Positions 48,328 through 57,909 of a stretch of 64,000 nt of DNA are shown here, one piece after another. The stretch covers positions 1,098 to 65,097 of the forward strand of contig JARYLZ010000008.1 of NCBI GenBank assembly GCA_029907355.1, written 5' to 3'. A program made the position numbers and the translations under genes. The notes beneath the pieces are model-generated. The model was given only the letters and a program-made list of their open reading frames with translations, was not told where the DNA came from and did no database searches. Origin of the DNA: Bacteroidota bacterium (GTDB lineage Bacteria; Bacteroidota; Ignavibacteria; SZUA-365). Each line of letters opens with the position of its first letter. Position 1 is the first letter of the stretch.

Positions 48328-49497
48328 TCAGTTCTTCGAGTCGTCCGCCGGGATCTTCGTCCCATCGTCGGGTGTTGTTTTCGAACGGCCCCAGATGATC
48401 GACAGGGTGAACCGGAGCGTATCCGCCAGGGGGCTGCGCTCGCTCGAGATGTCGGTCGAGATGTAACTGAAATCGAAACCGTAGATGTCGTACCGGATGC
48501 CCGCCCCGAAAGTCAGGAACCGCCGGTTCCCCCAGTTCGGGTCCTCGTGGAAGAAACCGAAACGCAGGGCGACGAAATCGGAGTACCAGTATTCGAGGCC
48601 CGTGCCGAGCGTGTAGGAATTCCAATCGGTGAGGCGCGTCTTCGCGAGCGCAGTGAAGAAATCGCTGGCCTTCACGCCGGACTTGTGGATGATCAGTTTC
48701 GTCACGTCGGTGGACCACGTCAGGCGGTTGTACTCCTCGCGGACGATATCGAAGCTCAAGCCGAGCCGCATCGCCGTCGGGAGGGGGTCGGACTGGTCCT
48801 GGTCGATGTACGTGATCGAGGGGCCGATGTTGGAGAATGCAAAACCCGCCCCGAAGCGGTCCCCGAGATCGAAACCGAGGAGGGGAAGAACGAGCTTGGA
48901 AGGCCGGTACAGAACGCCGATATCGCCCGCTACCGCCGTAGCCTGCCCGCTTCCCTGCTCGTTCGCCGTCTGGACAGACGAGAGGCTCGAATGAATCAAG
49001 CGCAGGCCGATGCCCGCCGAGAGGTCCTCGTCGATTCGCGTCCCGTACGACGCCGTGAACGCCATCTCGAAACTCTTGAACGTCCCGAGCTTGTTGTTCG
49101 CCTCGTCACGGTACTCGAACTCGCCGAGGTTCAGGAACGTCAGCGCGGCACCGACTGTCCCGTTGATGCTGGGAATCGACATCTTGAAATTCGCGTACTC
49201 GTAGAAAAGGTCGCTCTGCTGGAATTGCGGTAACCAGTTCGAGTGGCTGAGGCTCAATTCCATTCCCTTCTGGAATCCGAGACCGGCGGGGTTCCAGAAG
49301 ACGGCCGATGCGTCGTTCGCCACGGAAACGCCGCTCTCTCCCATCGCGCTGGCGCGTGCACCGGGCGAAATCAGAAGAAACGGAACCGCCGTGCTCGCCG
49401 CTCCCTGGGCGCGGGCGGTCGCGGGCCCTACGACCGACAGGAGAACGGCAAGCGAAAGGGCCGGTAAAAGAATCAGGGTTTTGCGCGTCATCAACAT
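48328..49497 (-). CDS. porV: Type IX secretion system outer-membrane shuttle PorV
   Basis: TAVPFLLISPGARASAMGE, FWNPAG, NIGP.I.Y...D.LPT..RLG, GNRRFLTFGAG and PLADTLRF motifs; directly downstream of porU. Confidence 0.9.
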   Translation of the reverse strand: MLMTRKTLILLPALSLAVLLSVVGPATARAQGAASTAVPFLLISPGARASAMGESGVSVANDASAVFWNPAGLGFQKGMELSLSHSNWLPQFQQSDLFYEYANFKMSIPSINGTVGAALTFLNLGEFEYRDEANNKLGTFKSFEMAFTASYGTRIDEDLSAGIGLRLIHSSLSSVQTANEQGSGQATAVAGDIGVLYRPSKLVLPLLGFDLGDRFGAGFAFSNIGPSITYIDQDQSDPLPTAMRLGLSFDIVREEYNRLTWSTDVTKLIIHKSGVKASDFFTALAKTRLTDWNSYTLGTGLEYWYSDFVALRFGFFHEDPNWGNRRFLTFGAGIRYDIYGFDFSYISTDISSERSPLADTLRFTLSIIWGRSKTTPDDGTKIPADDSKN

Positions 49498-49583
49498 CCT
49501 CGTTTATCGAATTATGAATAACTTAAAAGTTTACTGAAAAAGTCTTATTCGATCAAGGGAAGAATGTCATCCCCCAAGGCTCG

Positions 49584-52500
49584 TCAGCGTATGATCGATA
49601 TGGTCCCGATCCGTTCGCTTCCCTCTTTCCCGTCCACGGAGGTGCACATCAACTTGTAGAAATAGGTTCCGTTCGCAGGTCTGTCCCCGTCGTCGTCCGT
49701 CCCATCCCAGAATATGCGAAGAGAACGCTCCGCCGTGTCCCTCGCCTCAAGCTTCCGGATGACCCGCCCGGCGAGTGTGTAGATTTTCAACTCGACGTTG
49801 ACGGGTCCCGGCCGGTTATGCGTGAACCCGAACGTCGCTCCGCCGCTCGTGATGGGATTGGGATACACGAAGACATCCCCGAGGGTGAGACCGCCGGCGT
49901 GAACGGTGAACCAGGTTTCCGCCATGCTCGGGTTGTTGTAGATGTCCCACGCCCTCAGGCGCAGGGTGTGTTTCCCCTCCGGGAGATCGCGGTAACGGTA
50001 CTCCACCGTCCCGCGTTGGTACGAGTCCCGTTCGCCGCGGTAGTAGTCGTTGAGGACCGTCCCGACTTCCTCGCCATCGAGCCACGCCTCGATGTTATGG
50101 CCGATCCCGAGTCCCGTCGTGTTGATGCCGCTCTCGTCCGACAGGTCCGCGATGAGGAGCGGCTGCGCCCCCACCGGGTCCCCCGCCGCGAAGGTCCGCG
50201 TGTCCAGATACAAGGCGATCTCCGGCCCGCGGGTGTCCGTCCCGCTCGAGGAGTCCGAGCCGCCGATCCGGAACGACGTGCAATACCCCGCGCCATCCCG
50301 AACCCCGTCGTGGAAATACATCGCGAGCCTGCCCGTGCTGTTCTCGTAGGAGATGTCTTTCGGGATGATGAGTGAAATCGAGAATATGCCGTCGCGTATC
50401 GTCACATCGCCTCGGAACAACAGCCCGCCGAGCACGGTGTACGAGAAACCGCCCCACCCGTCGAGCGGGACCGTGATCCTCCGCTGGGCGTCGTAAAGCG
50501 AGACCTCCGCCGATCCCGAGAAATCCGTCCACACGGTGGAATCCGGTCGCCGCACGGATGCGGCGATCATGACCCGCGAGAGCGCGCGGAACTGCACCGT
50601 ATCGGCTTCCGCGCGCACGCCGTTGACGAGAATGGAATCCACCGTACAGCGGTAACGCGGCAGTGCGAGTCTCATCGCCGGGTCGGCGAAGAGATGGAAT
50701 TTCTCGTACCCCGGGTCGGAGTACCACTGCTGCTTGGTCGCGAACACCGCATCGCCGATCCGCTTGACGCGCCCGTCCGGCTCCCGGCCTTTCGCTACGA
50801 GGTTCGTGAAAAACGTCTGGTTGAAGATGGAATTCTGCCCCGAGTACACCACGCGCGGCGCCGAGAGCCCGCCGATCGCTCCCCCGTCCGGTTTGAGGAT
50901 CAAGCGCTCCGTCCCGCTCACGAGTTCCGGGCGGTCGTAGAGGCCGAACGTGCAGGTCGCCGCCGCGACGAACGTCAACCGGTCTGCATTCTCCAGTTGC
51001 GGTACCGTGACGTCCGTGACGAAAATCTGCTCGTGCGCCCAGACGGCGTCGCTGCCGTGCCCCGTGTAATTCACGATGACGGTCCCCGCGTTGATCTGGT
51101 CGATGAGATCGCTGTTCGCCGACGGTTTACGGCGGCCCTGGGCGGTGTTTTCCGTCGGGTACGAGACGATGTAGATCTTCTTCTGCTCGATCTCGAGCGG
51201 CAGAATGCGTGAGATATCCTCCGACTGGGCGGTATGCACGCTCCCCTCATCCGTCCTCGTCGTGAAACCGTCGTCGGCGACGAGCGTCACGCGGTTCTTC
51301 CACGCCCCGAACGCCGGCTGGGTCTCGTAAGAAATGATTTTCCGCACCACGTCCTCCGCTTCCGCCGCCGTTCGCACGGGCAGCCTCCCGATGGCGAGAT
51401 CCACCAGCGGATCGTCTCCCGAAACCTGCGCGAAGAAGTCGTCGGTCACGTAACTGCCGATGAGGTTTATCGAATTTTCGGATTCCCAGACCGGCACGAC
51501 GATCTTCTCGTTCGTCGTGATGTTCCGGTAATCGAAATGCCCGTCTCCGAGCAGGAGAACGTAGCGGGGCGTGATCTCCCAGTTGCGGAATGCGAAGGCG
51601 AGGAAATTCCGGATGGCCGCCGGGTCGGCGACACCCCCATTGAATTCGTTGTAAATTTCCGGGAGGGTCACGACCCGCGTCGGGATCGCGTCATCGCCCG
51701 GCCTCTCGCGATGCGCGCGAAGCATCTCGGCGGCGTTCTGGAGGGCAGGGTCGGTGATGATGATGCAGGCAGCTCCCCGCGACCCGTGAAGATCTCCGTA
51801 CGCGGCGCGCTCGGGGGGACCGGGAAGACCGAATGCGGACACTGCGGCAGCGATGTACTGGCGCGGCCTCCCCGACACGGCCTCCGCCTGGAATCGCACC
51901 GTCCCTCCGCTGACATCCATGCCGTCGATCAGCCGGACATCCGCATGGTCGGTGACGTCGTAGACGCGCACGTCGCTCGACGAAAAGCCCCCGACCTCGA
52001 ACGCGCATACCGCTGAGGTATCAGGGCTGTTGAACAGGAGAACGTCCGACACCGCCGTGAATCGGTGGGCATAGTTCCACTCGATCCAATCGATGTACCC
52101 GCCGCGGCTTCGGTTCGGATCCGTGACGAAGTACTCGACCTTGACGGTGCTGCGGTCGTCCGGAAGGTTGCCCGGCCGCTCGTACAGCCGCACGCCGGAA
52201 AACGAGGCGATATCGTCACGGTCCGTGTCGAAATTCACCGTCCCCATCGGGATGCTCCCTAGTGTGAAACCGTCGGACACGAGAAAGGAATGTGCGACCT
52301 CGGATTGGGCGTACAGGGCGATGCGATATCGCACGGGTTCGGTCCGCACGAGACCTTCCAACCGGCGTAAAACAACCTGCGAACTGCCCGTCGCAGTCGG
52401 ATTGATCTTCCTCCCGACCCACAGTTTTCCCGAGGAGAAGAAATTGACCGCGTCCTCTTCGTGGAATTCTCTCCCGGTGAACCATGGCGGCCGGTACGCT

Positions 52501-53687
52501 GTGGGTTCGTTCAGGGAAATCTGTTTCTGCATGCGTTTCCCCCGTTCCCCGCCGAATGTCAGGAGATAGGCGTTCGATTTCGCGAAGCGGTGAAGCGAAT
52601 GCACGTAACGGCGTGATGCGGAGTCGTACGACCAGACCACGGTCCCCCTCCCGTAGAAGCGCACCTCGTCCCCTTCATCGAAGCGTCCATCTTCCTCTCC
52701 GGTGACTTCGATCGCGATTTCCTGCATGTCGTCCGGCCGCGGTGCGCCGAGACGGGCGGGGAGTTCATTCCCGCCGTGCCCGAAAACACGGATGGTTCTC
52801 GGGTCGATCCCTGCCGGGTCGATCCCTGCCGCTCGGAACCACCCTGCATTCAACCGGTATATCCCTTCGGCCCCGACTTCGAAACGGTAGAGGGGTGTCT
52901 CCAGCTTCGGTGTCGTCGTTCTCTTGCCCAAGGGACCCATCCTGCCGAGGACCCATCGGGAGGCGATATCGTCGTTGAGCGGCGCGAGACCGAATGTCTC
53001 CGCCTTTCCGCCGTATGTCAGGCTGGGGTCCGGCGGTCCGAAATCGACCCGCACAACCATTCGTCTGATCATGCGAAGGCGCATCGCTCGTGCGTCATAA
53101 AGCATCGGGAACAAGCGGAGCATTCCGAGAAAACGGTGTCGGGAGATACCGATATCCACCAGGGAAGCGGCTTCAGCGGGTCGAAATCCGGCTTCGTCGT
53201 ATAAAGGACCTCTCGGCCATGAGGTTTCCACGTCGCCCCCCCTTCTCCGTACGGTTGGGACGGGGATGAGCAGGACGCCCGAGCTGTCCGTGAAATCGCT
53301 CTCGAGAATCGTTACGCGGTGCCCTTCGAGGCCGGGAAGACCGAGCGGCAATGCTCGATACTTGGTGTCGGGAGCGCCGGCGAGGGCGGGGTACAGCGGT
53401 GCCGCCCCTTCGAATGTGACGCAGGTAAAGGTTCCGCCGGGCGTAGAGAACGCATGCACGTGCATCTCGGGCCGATACTCGATCGTACACCCCGACGCGT
53501 CCGAGGAGAGCAGCCGGATTTCCTGCGCACGCGCCTTCGCTCCCCCTGCGAGGAGAAGGATCGCGGCGAGCAATACGGCCGTTTTCGTGTCCCGGCGGCT
53601 GACCGTCTGATGCCTTTCCCCGCGGGGCTGTCCTTCGGTTCCCTGCGATGCTCGTGTTCTATCCGGATGGAGCATACGGTCCTTCAT
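49584..53687 (-). CDS. porU: Type IX secretion system sortase PorU (peptidase C25 family)
   Basis: IYNEFNGG..D, YVLLLGD, TDDFF, GRLP, catalytic NYTGHG and ATCTFG, AWDIYNN; FlgD-like CTD. Confidence 0.92.
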   Translation of the reverse strand: MKDRMLHPDRTRASQGTEGQPRGERHQTVSRRDTKTAVLLAAILLLAGGAKARAQEIRLLSSDASGCTIEYRPEMHVHAFSTPGGTFTCVTFEGAAPLYPALAGAPDTKYRALPLGLPGLEGHRVTILESDFTDSSGVLLIPVPTVRRRGGDVETSWPRGPLYDEAGFRPAEAASLVDIGISRHRFLGMLRLFPMLYDARAMRLRMIRRMVVRVDFGPPDPSLTYGGKAETFGLAPLNDDIASRWVLGRMGPLGKRTTTPKLETPLYRFEVGAEGIYRLNAGWFRAAGIDPAGIDPRTIRVFGHGGNELPARLGAPRPDDMQEIAIEVTGEEDGRFDEGDEVRFYGRGTVVWSYDSASRRYVHSLHRFAKSNAYLLTFGGERGKRMQKQISLNEPTAYRPPWFTGREFHEEDAVNFFSSGKLWVGRKINPTATGSSQVVLRRLEGLVRTEPVRYRIALYAQSEVAHSFLVSDGFTLGSIPMGTVNFDTDRDDIASFSGVRLYERPGNLPDDRSTVKVEYFVTDPNRSRGGYIDWIEWNYAHRFTAVSDVLLFNSPDTSAVCAFEVGGFSSSDVRVYDVTDHADVRLIDGMDVSGGTVRFQAEAVSGRPRQYIAAAVSAFGLPGPPERAAYGDLHGSRGAACIIITDPALQNAAEMLRAHRERPGDDAIPTRVVTLPEIYNEFNGGVADPAAIRNFLAFAFRNWEITPRYVLLLGDGHFDYRNITTNEKIVVPVWESENSINLIGSYVTDDFFAQVSGDDPLVDLAIGRLPVRTAAEAEDVVRKIISYETQPAFGAWKNRVTLVADDGFTTRTDEGSVHTAQSEDISRILPLEIEQKKIYIVSYPTENTAQGRRKPSANSDLIDQINAGTVIVNYTGHGSDAVWAHEQIFVTDVTVPQLENADRLTFVAAATCTFGLYDRPELVSGTERLILKPDGGAIGGLSAPRVVYSGQNSIFNQTFFTNLVAKGREPDGRVKRIGDAVFATKQQWYSDPGYEKFHLFADPAMRLALPRYRCTVDSILVNGVRAEADTVQFRALSRVMIAASVRRPDSTVWTDFSGSAEVSLYDAQRRITVPLDGWGGFSYTVLGGLLFRGDVTIRDGIFSISLIIPKDISYENSTGRLAMYFHDGVRDGAGYCTSFRIGGSDSSSGTDTRGPEIALYLDTRTFAAGDPVGAQPLLIADLSDESGINTTGLGIGHNIEAWLDGEEVGTVLNDYYRGERDSYQRGTVEYRYRDLPEGKHTLRLRAWDIYNNPSMAETWFTVHAGGLTLGDVFVYPNPITSGGATFGFTHNRPGPVNVELKIYTLAGRVIRKLEARDTAERSLRIFWDGTDDDGDRPANGTYFYKLMCTSVDGKEGSERIGTISIIR

Positions 53688-54916
53688 ACCTCGGCTGCCC
53701 CTTGGATACAGGAAACCTTGAACGCACCGTACACGCGGACATTCAGGAAGAGGTTGAGGGCGAACGTTCCGATGAAAGCGAGAGCCGCTCCCGTCATACC
53801 GAAGAACGGGATGAGCGCAACGTTCCCCGCGATGAAGAATCCGGACGTGGCGAGAGAGAGTCGCTTGAGGGTACGTCCCTGGCGCTGGGCAGCGAGGAAA
53901 CCGTGGAACGGCGTGTTCAACGCCATCAGCGCAGCGCCGATCGCGAGCAATGGCATGACACCCAGGGAGGGGACGTATTTATCCGTGAAAAGCAAAGGCA
54001 CGAGAACGATACAAGCGGCGATGAGAACGGCCGTCCCTATGGTGCACCAGAGAACGTTCGCCGTGAGGAGCTTCCGCGGGATGGATGGTTCATGCGCGAA
54101 ACGGCGATATGCGCTCGTCGAAAGAGAACGACTGAGGAGGACGATCGGCGTCGCCATCGTGTAGGCGATCGTGTAATATCCGACAGGAACCATCCCGTGG
54201 AAGTAGGAGAGGAGCATTTTGTCCAAGCCGGTCGTCAGGCCGTCGATCACGCGCACGGCGTACATCTCCCGCCCGAACTCCCGAACCTCGGTGCGCAGCC
54301 GCGGCCATTCCGCGCCGAGGGCACGAAACATCGGGCGGAACAGTACCGCCGCAGCCAGGACTGCCGCCCATGTCGTCCCCAGCGTTACGGCGCATGCGGA
54401 CCAGAGCGAGAGGGATTGCCCCTTCGCCATCAGCACCAGCAGGGGAAGTGCCAACATGCGGGGCGCGATCACGAATGCCGAGAGCACGCCGATCCTGTTC
54501 GCCCCCTGTCCGAGTGCGAGGATCATTTCCTGCAACGGCAGAATCGCTGCGAGGGGGGCGATCGCCAGAAGTACGGCACCGGTGCCGCTCCCGAACAACG
54601 GCCCGACCACGAACGAGGTGACAGCCGTCATGCAGGCGAGAATGATCCCTGTCGCGAGCGAGGCCGTAAGCAAAACCGCCGCCCGGCGCCGCTGTTCTTC
54701 TTCGCCGTCGGCGATTGCCATGATTCTCGCCCCGGATGCGGAGACGCCCGCATCCGCGAACATGCCGAGGAACGCCAGGACGGCGAAAACGAAGGCATAC
54801 GAGCCGACATCCGAAACCGAGAGGCCGCGGGTGAGGACGCTCAGGACGGCGATACCGAGAACGCCGTTCGCGACCTGCGCCGTGAAATGCCACAGGGACT
54901 GACGCCCAAGGGACAT
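53684..54916 (-). CDS. Wzx-like oligosaccharide flippase
   Basis: About 12 TM helices; LTRGLS...VG.Y, D.GV, and DKMLLSYF.G...VGYYTIA motifs. The stop overlaps the porU start. Confidence 0.8.
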   Translation of the reverse strand: MSLGRQSLWHFTAQVANGVLGIAVLSVLTRGLSVSDVGSYAFVFAVLAFLGMFADAGVSASGARIMAIADGEEEQRRRAAVLLTASLATGIILACMTAVTSFVVGPLFGSGTGAVLLAIAPLAAILPLQEMILALGQGANRIGVLSAFVIAPRMLALPLLVLMAKGQSLSLWSACAVTLGTTWAAVLAAAVLFRPMFRALGAEWPRLRTEVREFGREMYAVRVIDGLTTGLDKMLLSYFHGMVPVGYYTIAYTMATPIVLLSRSLSTSAYRRFAHEPSIPRKLLTANVLWCTIGTAVLIAACIVLVPLLFTDKYVPSLGVMPLLAIGAALMALNTPFHGFLAAQRQGRTLKRLSLATSGFFIAGNVALIPFFGMTGAALAFIGTFALNLFLNVRVYGAFKVSCIQGAAEV

Positions 54917-55174
54917 TCCCTTTCCCCTGACAAATTCCCCGCCTCTTTCCGAGAACGCTGCATCTCGGCTCGCTTGTGTGCTCCCCCTCAAGCCTTCCGC
55001 CCCGCCGTTGGATGCAGGGGACATTCCTCTCATTTCCGCACGATACGAAAACGCCGACACCCGTTCCTCATGTGAGGTTTTTCAACTGCGAACAGGTAAC
55101 GATGTGTCGATAGCGTCCGTACCGGTGAAGAATGTTTTTATCGTCGACAATATATCTCCCGTTCCTTACCCGTG

Positions 55175-55693
55175 TCAAGCGCTTTCGGCGGCGCTTTCCG
55201 GCCGGATAAGCTTCGTACAGCGAAGGAGAACTTGCGACATGACGCGGGCCACGCTCTCGAGGAAGAGACGTTCATCTTTGCCGAACCGCCCCTCGAGCGG
55301 ACTGTCGACGTCGAGAACACCGAAGAGATCGCCCTTGATGATGAGCGGGACGACGATCTCCGACCGGCTGTCGGGGTCGCACGCGATATGTCCCGGGAAC
55401 CCCCTCACGTCATCCACGACGACTGTACTCCGATCTCGCGCGGCCGTTCCGCACACCCCTTTCCCCATCTCGATCTGCGAGCAGGCGGGTTTCCCGTGAA
55501 ACGGGCCGAGCTGGAGAACGTCGCCGTAACGAAGGTAAAATCCTGCCCAATTGACGTTCTCCATCGACCAGTACAACAGGGAGGCGGTGTTCGCCAGGAT
55601 TCCGAGATCGGTGTTCGGCCCTTCCGTGAGCGCGTGGAGGTTCACGAGCATCTCGCTGTACCGGCAACCTGTCTTGATCGTGATGTCGGTCAT
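55175..55693 (-). CDS. msrC: GAF-domain free methionine-(R)-sulfoxide reductase (fRMsr/MsrC-like)
   Basis: NWAGFY, LGPFHGKPAC, GKGVCG, FPGHIACD, SEIVVP and VLDVDS motifs. Start is ATG 55693. Confidence 0.88.
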   Translation of the reverse strand: MTDITIKTGCRYSEMLVNLHALTEGPNTDLGILANTASLLYWSMENVNWAGFYLRYGDVLQLGPFHGKPACSQIEMGKGVCGTAARDRSTVVVDDVRGFPGHIACDPDSRSEIVVPLIIKGDLFGVLDVDSPLEGRFGKDERLFLESVARVMSQVLLRCTKLIRPESAAESA

Positions 55694-55753
55694 GGGATCC
55701 GCCTCCCGGCGTTGGTGGGTCGTCGATCGCTTTCCGATGAGCAGAAAAGGTAC

Positions 55754-55761
55754 TATGTTTG
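55754..55761 (+). promoter_or_regulatory. Possible Bacteroidota-type -7 promoter element (TATGTTTG)
   Basis: Matches TAnnTTTG, about 33 bp upstream of ATG 55794. Confidence 0.35.
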
Positions 55762-55793
55762 TCCAGAATCGACAAATCCGATAAGGAGATGCC

Positions 55794-56363
55794 ATGGAAA
55801 GATTCAGCATCGCGTGCATGGGAATCGTTTTCTTCTTGTGCACCTCAGGCATGTCGGGACAGTCGAGCGCGGGTGCGCTCCAACCTCTTTCGCGTGAAGC
55901 CGTGACGCTTTGGAGCACCTCAGCCGTGCCCGCCAACGCCCCACAGAACGAGGACATGTTCAAGAACAACACCTTGTGGGCTGTGGGATTCCACTTGGGT
56001 CTCCTGTCGGGTATAGGGGTCAGTGGACGTTTTCACCCGCCTGGGCGTTTTGCATTCCAGTTGACGGCGGGCGGCATCGGGCTCAAGGACGTCGTGACAT
56101 TCAACAGCGGGCTGGAAGTGCAGTTCGATTTCGACACCGACCGGAGAACGCGTTTCTATGGCTACGCCGCTGCGGGATATTACTACTGGGAAGACAAGGC
56201 CGGCGTCCAGGATATCGGCCCGTTCCGCGCAGGTCTCGGTGTGGCGTACGAGTGGGATATTTCCCCGAAGCTGATCTTCATGGCGAACCTCGGTGTCACG
56301 TACTTCAGTACGGGTACGGTGCTTCCCATCCCCCAGGCAGGGCTCTACTACTATTTCAACTGA
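55794..56363 (+). CDS. Small putative outer-membrane beta-barrel protein
   Basis: Signal-peptide-like N-terminus, about 8 amphipathic strands and an aromatic C-terminus (GLYYYFN). Confidence 0.6.
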   Translation: MERFSIACMGIVFFLCTSGMSGQSSAGALQPLSREAVTLWSTSAVPANAPQNEDMFKNNTLWAVGFHLGLLSGIGVSGRFHPPGRFAFQLTAGGIGLKDVVTFNSGLEVQFDFDTDRRTRFYGYAAAGYYYWEDKAGVQDIGPFRAGLGVAYEWDISPKLIFMANLGVTYFSTGTVLPIPQAGLYYYFN

Positions 56364-57111
56364 ACCCCGATCCCCGCAGCAGTGACGGTCCACGAGAATC
56401 CGCGATTTCCAGGAGATCCGCGAAAGTCTCGATCGTGAAATCCGGCTCGTGCGGAATGAGTTCCGCTACGGGGTGAAAGCCGTAGAGTGCTGCACAGCAG
56501 CGTATCCCCGCCGCTTTTGCGGCGGCGATATCGTACGGCGAGTCTCCGACGACGAGAGCTTCGGATGCCGGTATCGCGGTGCGTGCAAGCGCGGCGATAA
56601 AGGGGCCCGGCGACGGTTTGATCCCCGCCGGCGAGTCGCCGCCGATGATGATCTCGAAATACGGCCGGATACCCAACCCCTGGAGTATGCGTTCAATGAA
56701 GTCGCCCGGTTTGTTCGAGACGACGGCCATGCGGGCTGGCCGAAGGAGTGGGAGCGTTTCCGCAACGCCGGGGTAGAGAACGGTCCGATCGAGAAGCCGC
56801 TTTCCGTATTCATCCGAGAACGCTTCTACTGCCTCGTCTCCCGATACGCTTTCCACACCAACCGCGGAGGTAGGGAAACTCCCAGCTATTGTGGCTGGGA
56901 ATTCCGGCCCCGATACGCTTTCCACACCAACCGCGGAGAGCGCCTGGGTCACGAAGCTGCGTATTCCCCGCCCGACGAAGGAAAGAATACGCCCCTCATC
57001 CAGCGGCGGGATTCCGTACCGCACGAGCATGCCGTTGAGCGCCGCTGCGATGTCCGATCTCGAGTCGATGAGCGTCCCGTCGAGATCGAAAAGGAGAAGT
57101 CTTATCGCCAT
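56356..57111 (-). CDS. HAD-IA phosphatase (phosphoglycolate phosphatase-like)
   Basis: FDLDGTLIDS, SNK, KPSP and VVGDS..D motifs; carries a 23-aa internal insertion. Confidence 0.88.
   Translation of the reverse strand: MAIRLLLFDLDGTLIDSRSDIAAALNGMLVRYGIPPLDEGRILSFVGRGIRSFVTQALSAVGVESVSGPEFPATIAGSFPTSAVGVESVSGDEAVEAFSDEYGKRLLDRTVLYPGVAETLPLLRPARMAVVSNKPGDFIERILQGLGIRPYFEIIIGGDSPAGIKPSPGPFIAALARTAIPASEALVVGDSPYDIAAAKAAGIRCCAALYGFHPVAELIPHEPDFTIETFADLLEIADSRGPSLLRGSGFS
56840..56938. repeat. Exact 30-bp direct repeat flanking a 39-bp hairpin-forming segment
   Basis: cccgatacgctttccacaccaaccgcggag occurs at 56840-56869 and 56909-56938. The intervening segment has tcccagc (56880-56886) pairing with gctggga (56894-56900). 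Confidence 0.95.
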
Positions 57112-57507
57112 TGCGTCATTCGGTTCATCTTCCGCACGGGAATTGGACACGATCTCTCTGAGGCTCCCGGCGGGTCGGGGAACATACGAACACCGCCGGG
57201 AAAAATCGACCGGGGGCGAAAATCACGTACCATCTCATCGCATGCAGGAACGGGCAGGCGTACACGAGGGGCGAAGCGGTACCAGGATATGACCGTCGAT
57301 TTCGGTACAGAGGTCATGTACAATGCAGCGGGGAGGAACAATTCCACGTATCCGGCGGAACTTTTCGGATACCGCTCCCGCCCGACGATGGAGAATGTTC
57401 TTTCCCCTGGATGGGGATTCGATTTCCCCTGGGGTCTCATCGACGGCTTTACGCATGCGTGGCGGTATCGATCCTCATGAGCGGAGCCGCTTCATTCCGT
57501 ATTTCCC

Positions 57508-57538
57508 TTGATTCACCGCAACATCTTTCGTAGATTTG
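57508..57538 (+). promoter_or_regulatory. Putative promoter of the tRNA pair
   Basis: TTGATT (57508), a 17-bp spacer, then TAGATTTG (57531-57538). Fits both sigma70 spacing and TAnnTTTG, 22 bp before tRNA-Lys. Confidence 0.6.
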
Positions 57539-57560
57539 ATTCCCGCACCGTGTGGCGGAT

Positions 57561-57632
57561 GGGGCTGTAGCTCAGTGGTAGAGCATCTGCCTTTTAAGCA
57601 GAGGGTCGATGGTTCGATCCCATCCAGCCTCA
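57561..57632 (+). tRNA. tRNA-Lys (anticodon UUU)
   Basis: Cloverleaf: acceptor GGGGCTG/CAGCCTC, D-arm AGCTCAGTGGTAGAGC, anticodon arm TCTGC-CTTTTAA-GCAGA, T-loop TTCGATC. CCA not encoded. Confidence 0.95.
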
Positions 57633-57642
57633 CGGAAATGAC

Positions 57643-57726
57643 GCGGAAGTGGTGAAATTGGCAGACACACCATCTTGAGGGGGTGGCGCTCGAAAGAGCA
57701 TGCGGGTTCAAGTCCCGCCTTCCGCA
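57643..57726 (+). tRNA. tRNA-Leu (anticodon GAG)
   Basis: Acceptor GCGGAAG/CTTCCGC, anticodon loop TTGAGGG, long variable arm GCTCGAAAGAGC, T-loop TTCAAGT. Confidence 0.95.
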
Positions 57727-57729
57727 CGC

Positions 57730-57760
57730 GAGAATGCCGATGCTGAGCATCGGCATTCTC
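57730..57760 (+). terminator. Perfect hairpin immediately after the tRNAs (terminator or processing signal)
   Basis: gagaatgccgatgct-g-agcatcggcattctc is a perfect 15-bp inverted repeat. No long U-tract. Confidence 0.6.
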
Positions 57761-57909
57761 ATTATCCGATTGAACGACCGTGGACCTCCAGGGAAGACGC
57801 GTGAAAGCCGAAGTGCAAGATGGGGCGATACGCATGGGGAAGTCCCGTCGATGCTCGACCGAACCGAACGACACTCTCGCTCATACACCATCACAACGTT
57901 CCCCGACTC

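Noticed and set aside
56840-56938. CRISPR array (30-bp repeat, 39-bp spacer)
   Set aside because: Only two repeats, the repeat is coding sequence and non-palindromic, and there is no leader or cas gene. Kept as an insertion finding instead.
57165-57205. 9-bp inverted repeat upstream of the HAD gene as a terminator
   Set aside because: Long loop, and the A-tract is on the wrong side for termination on either strand.
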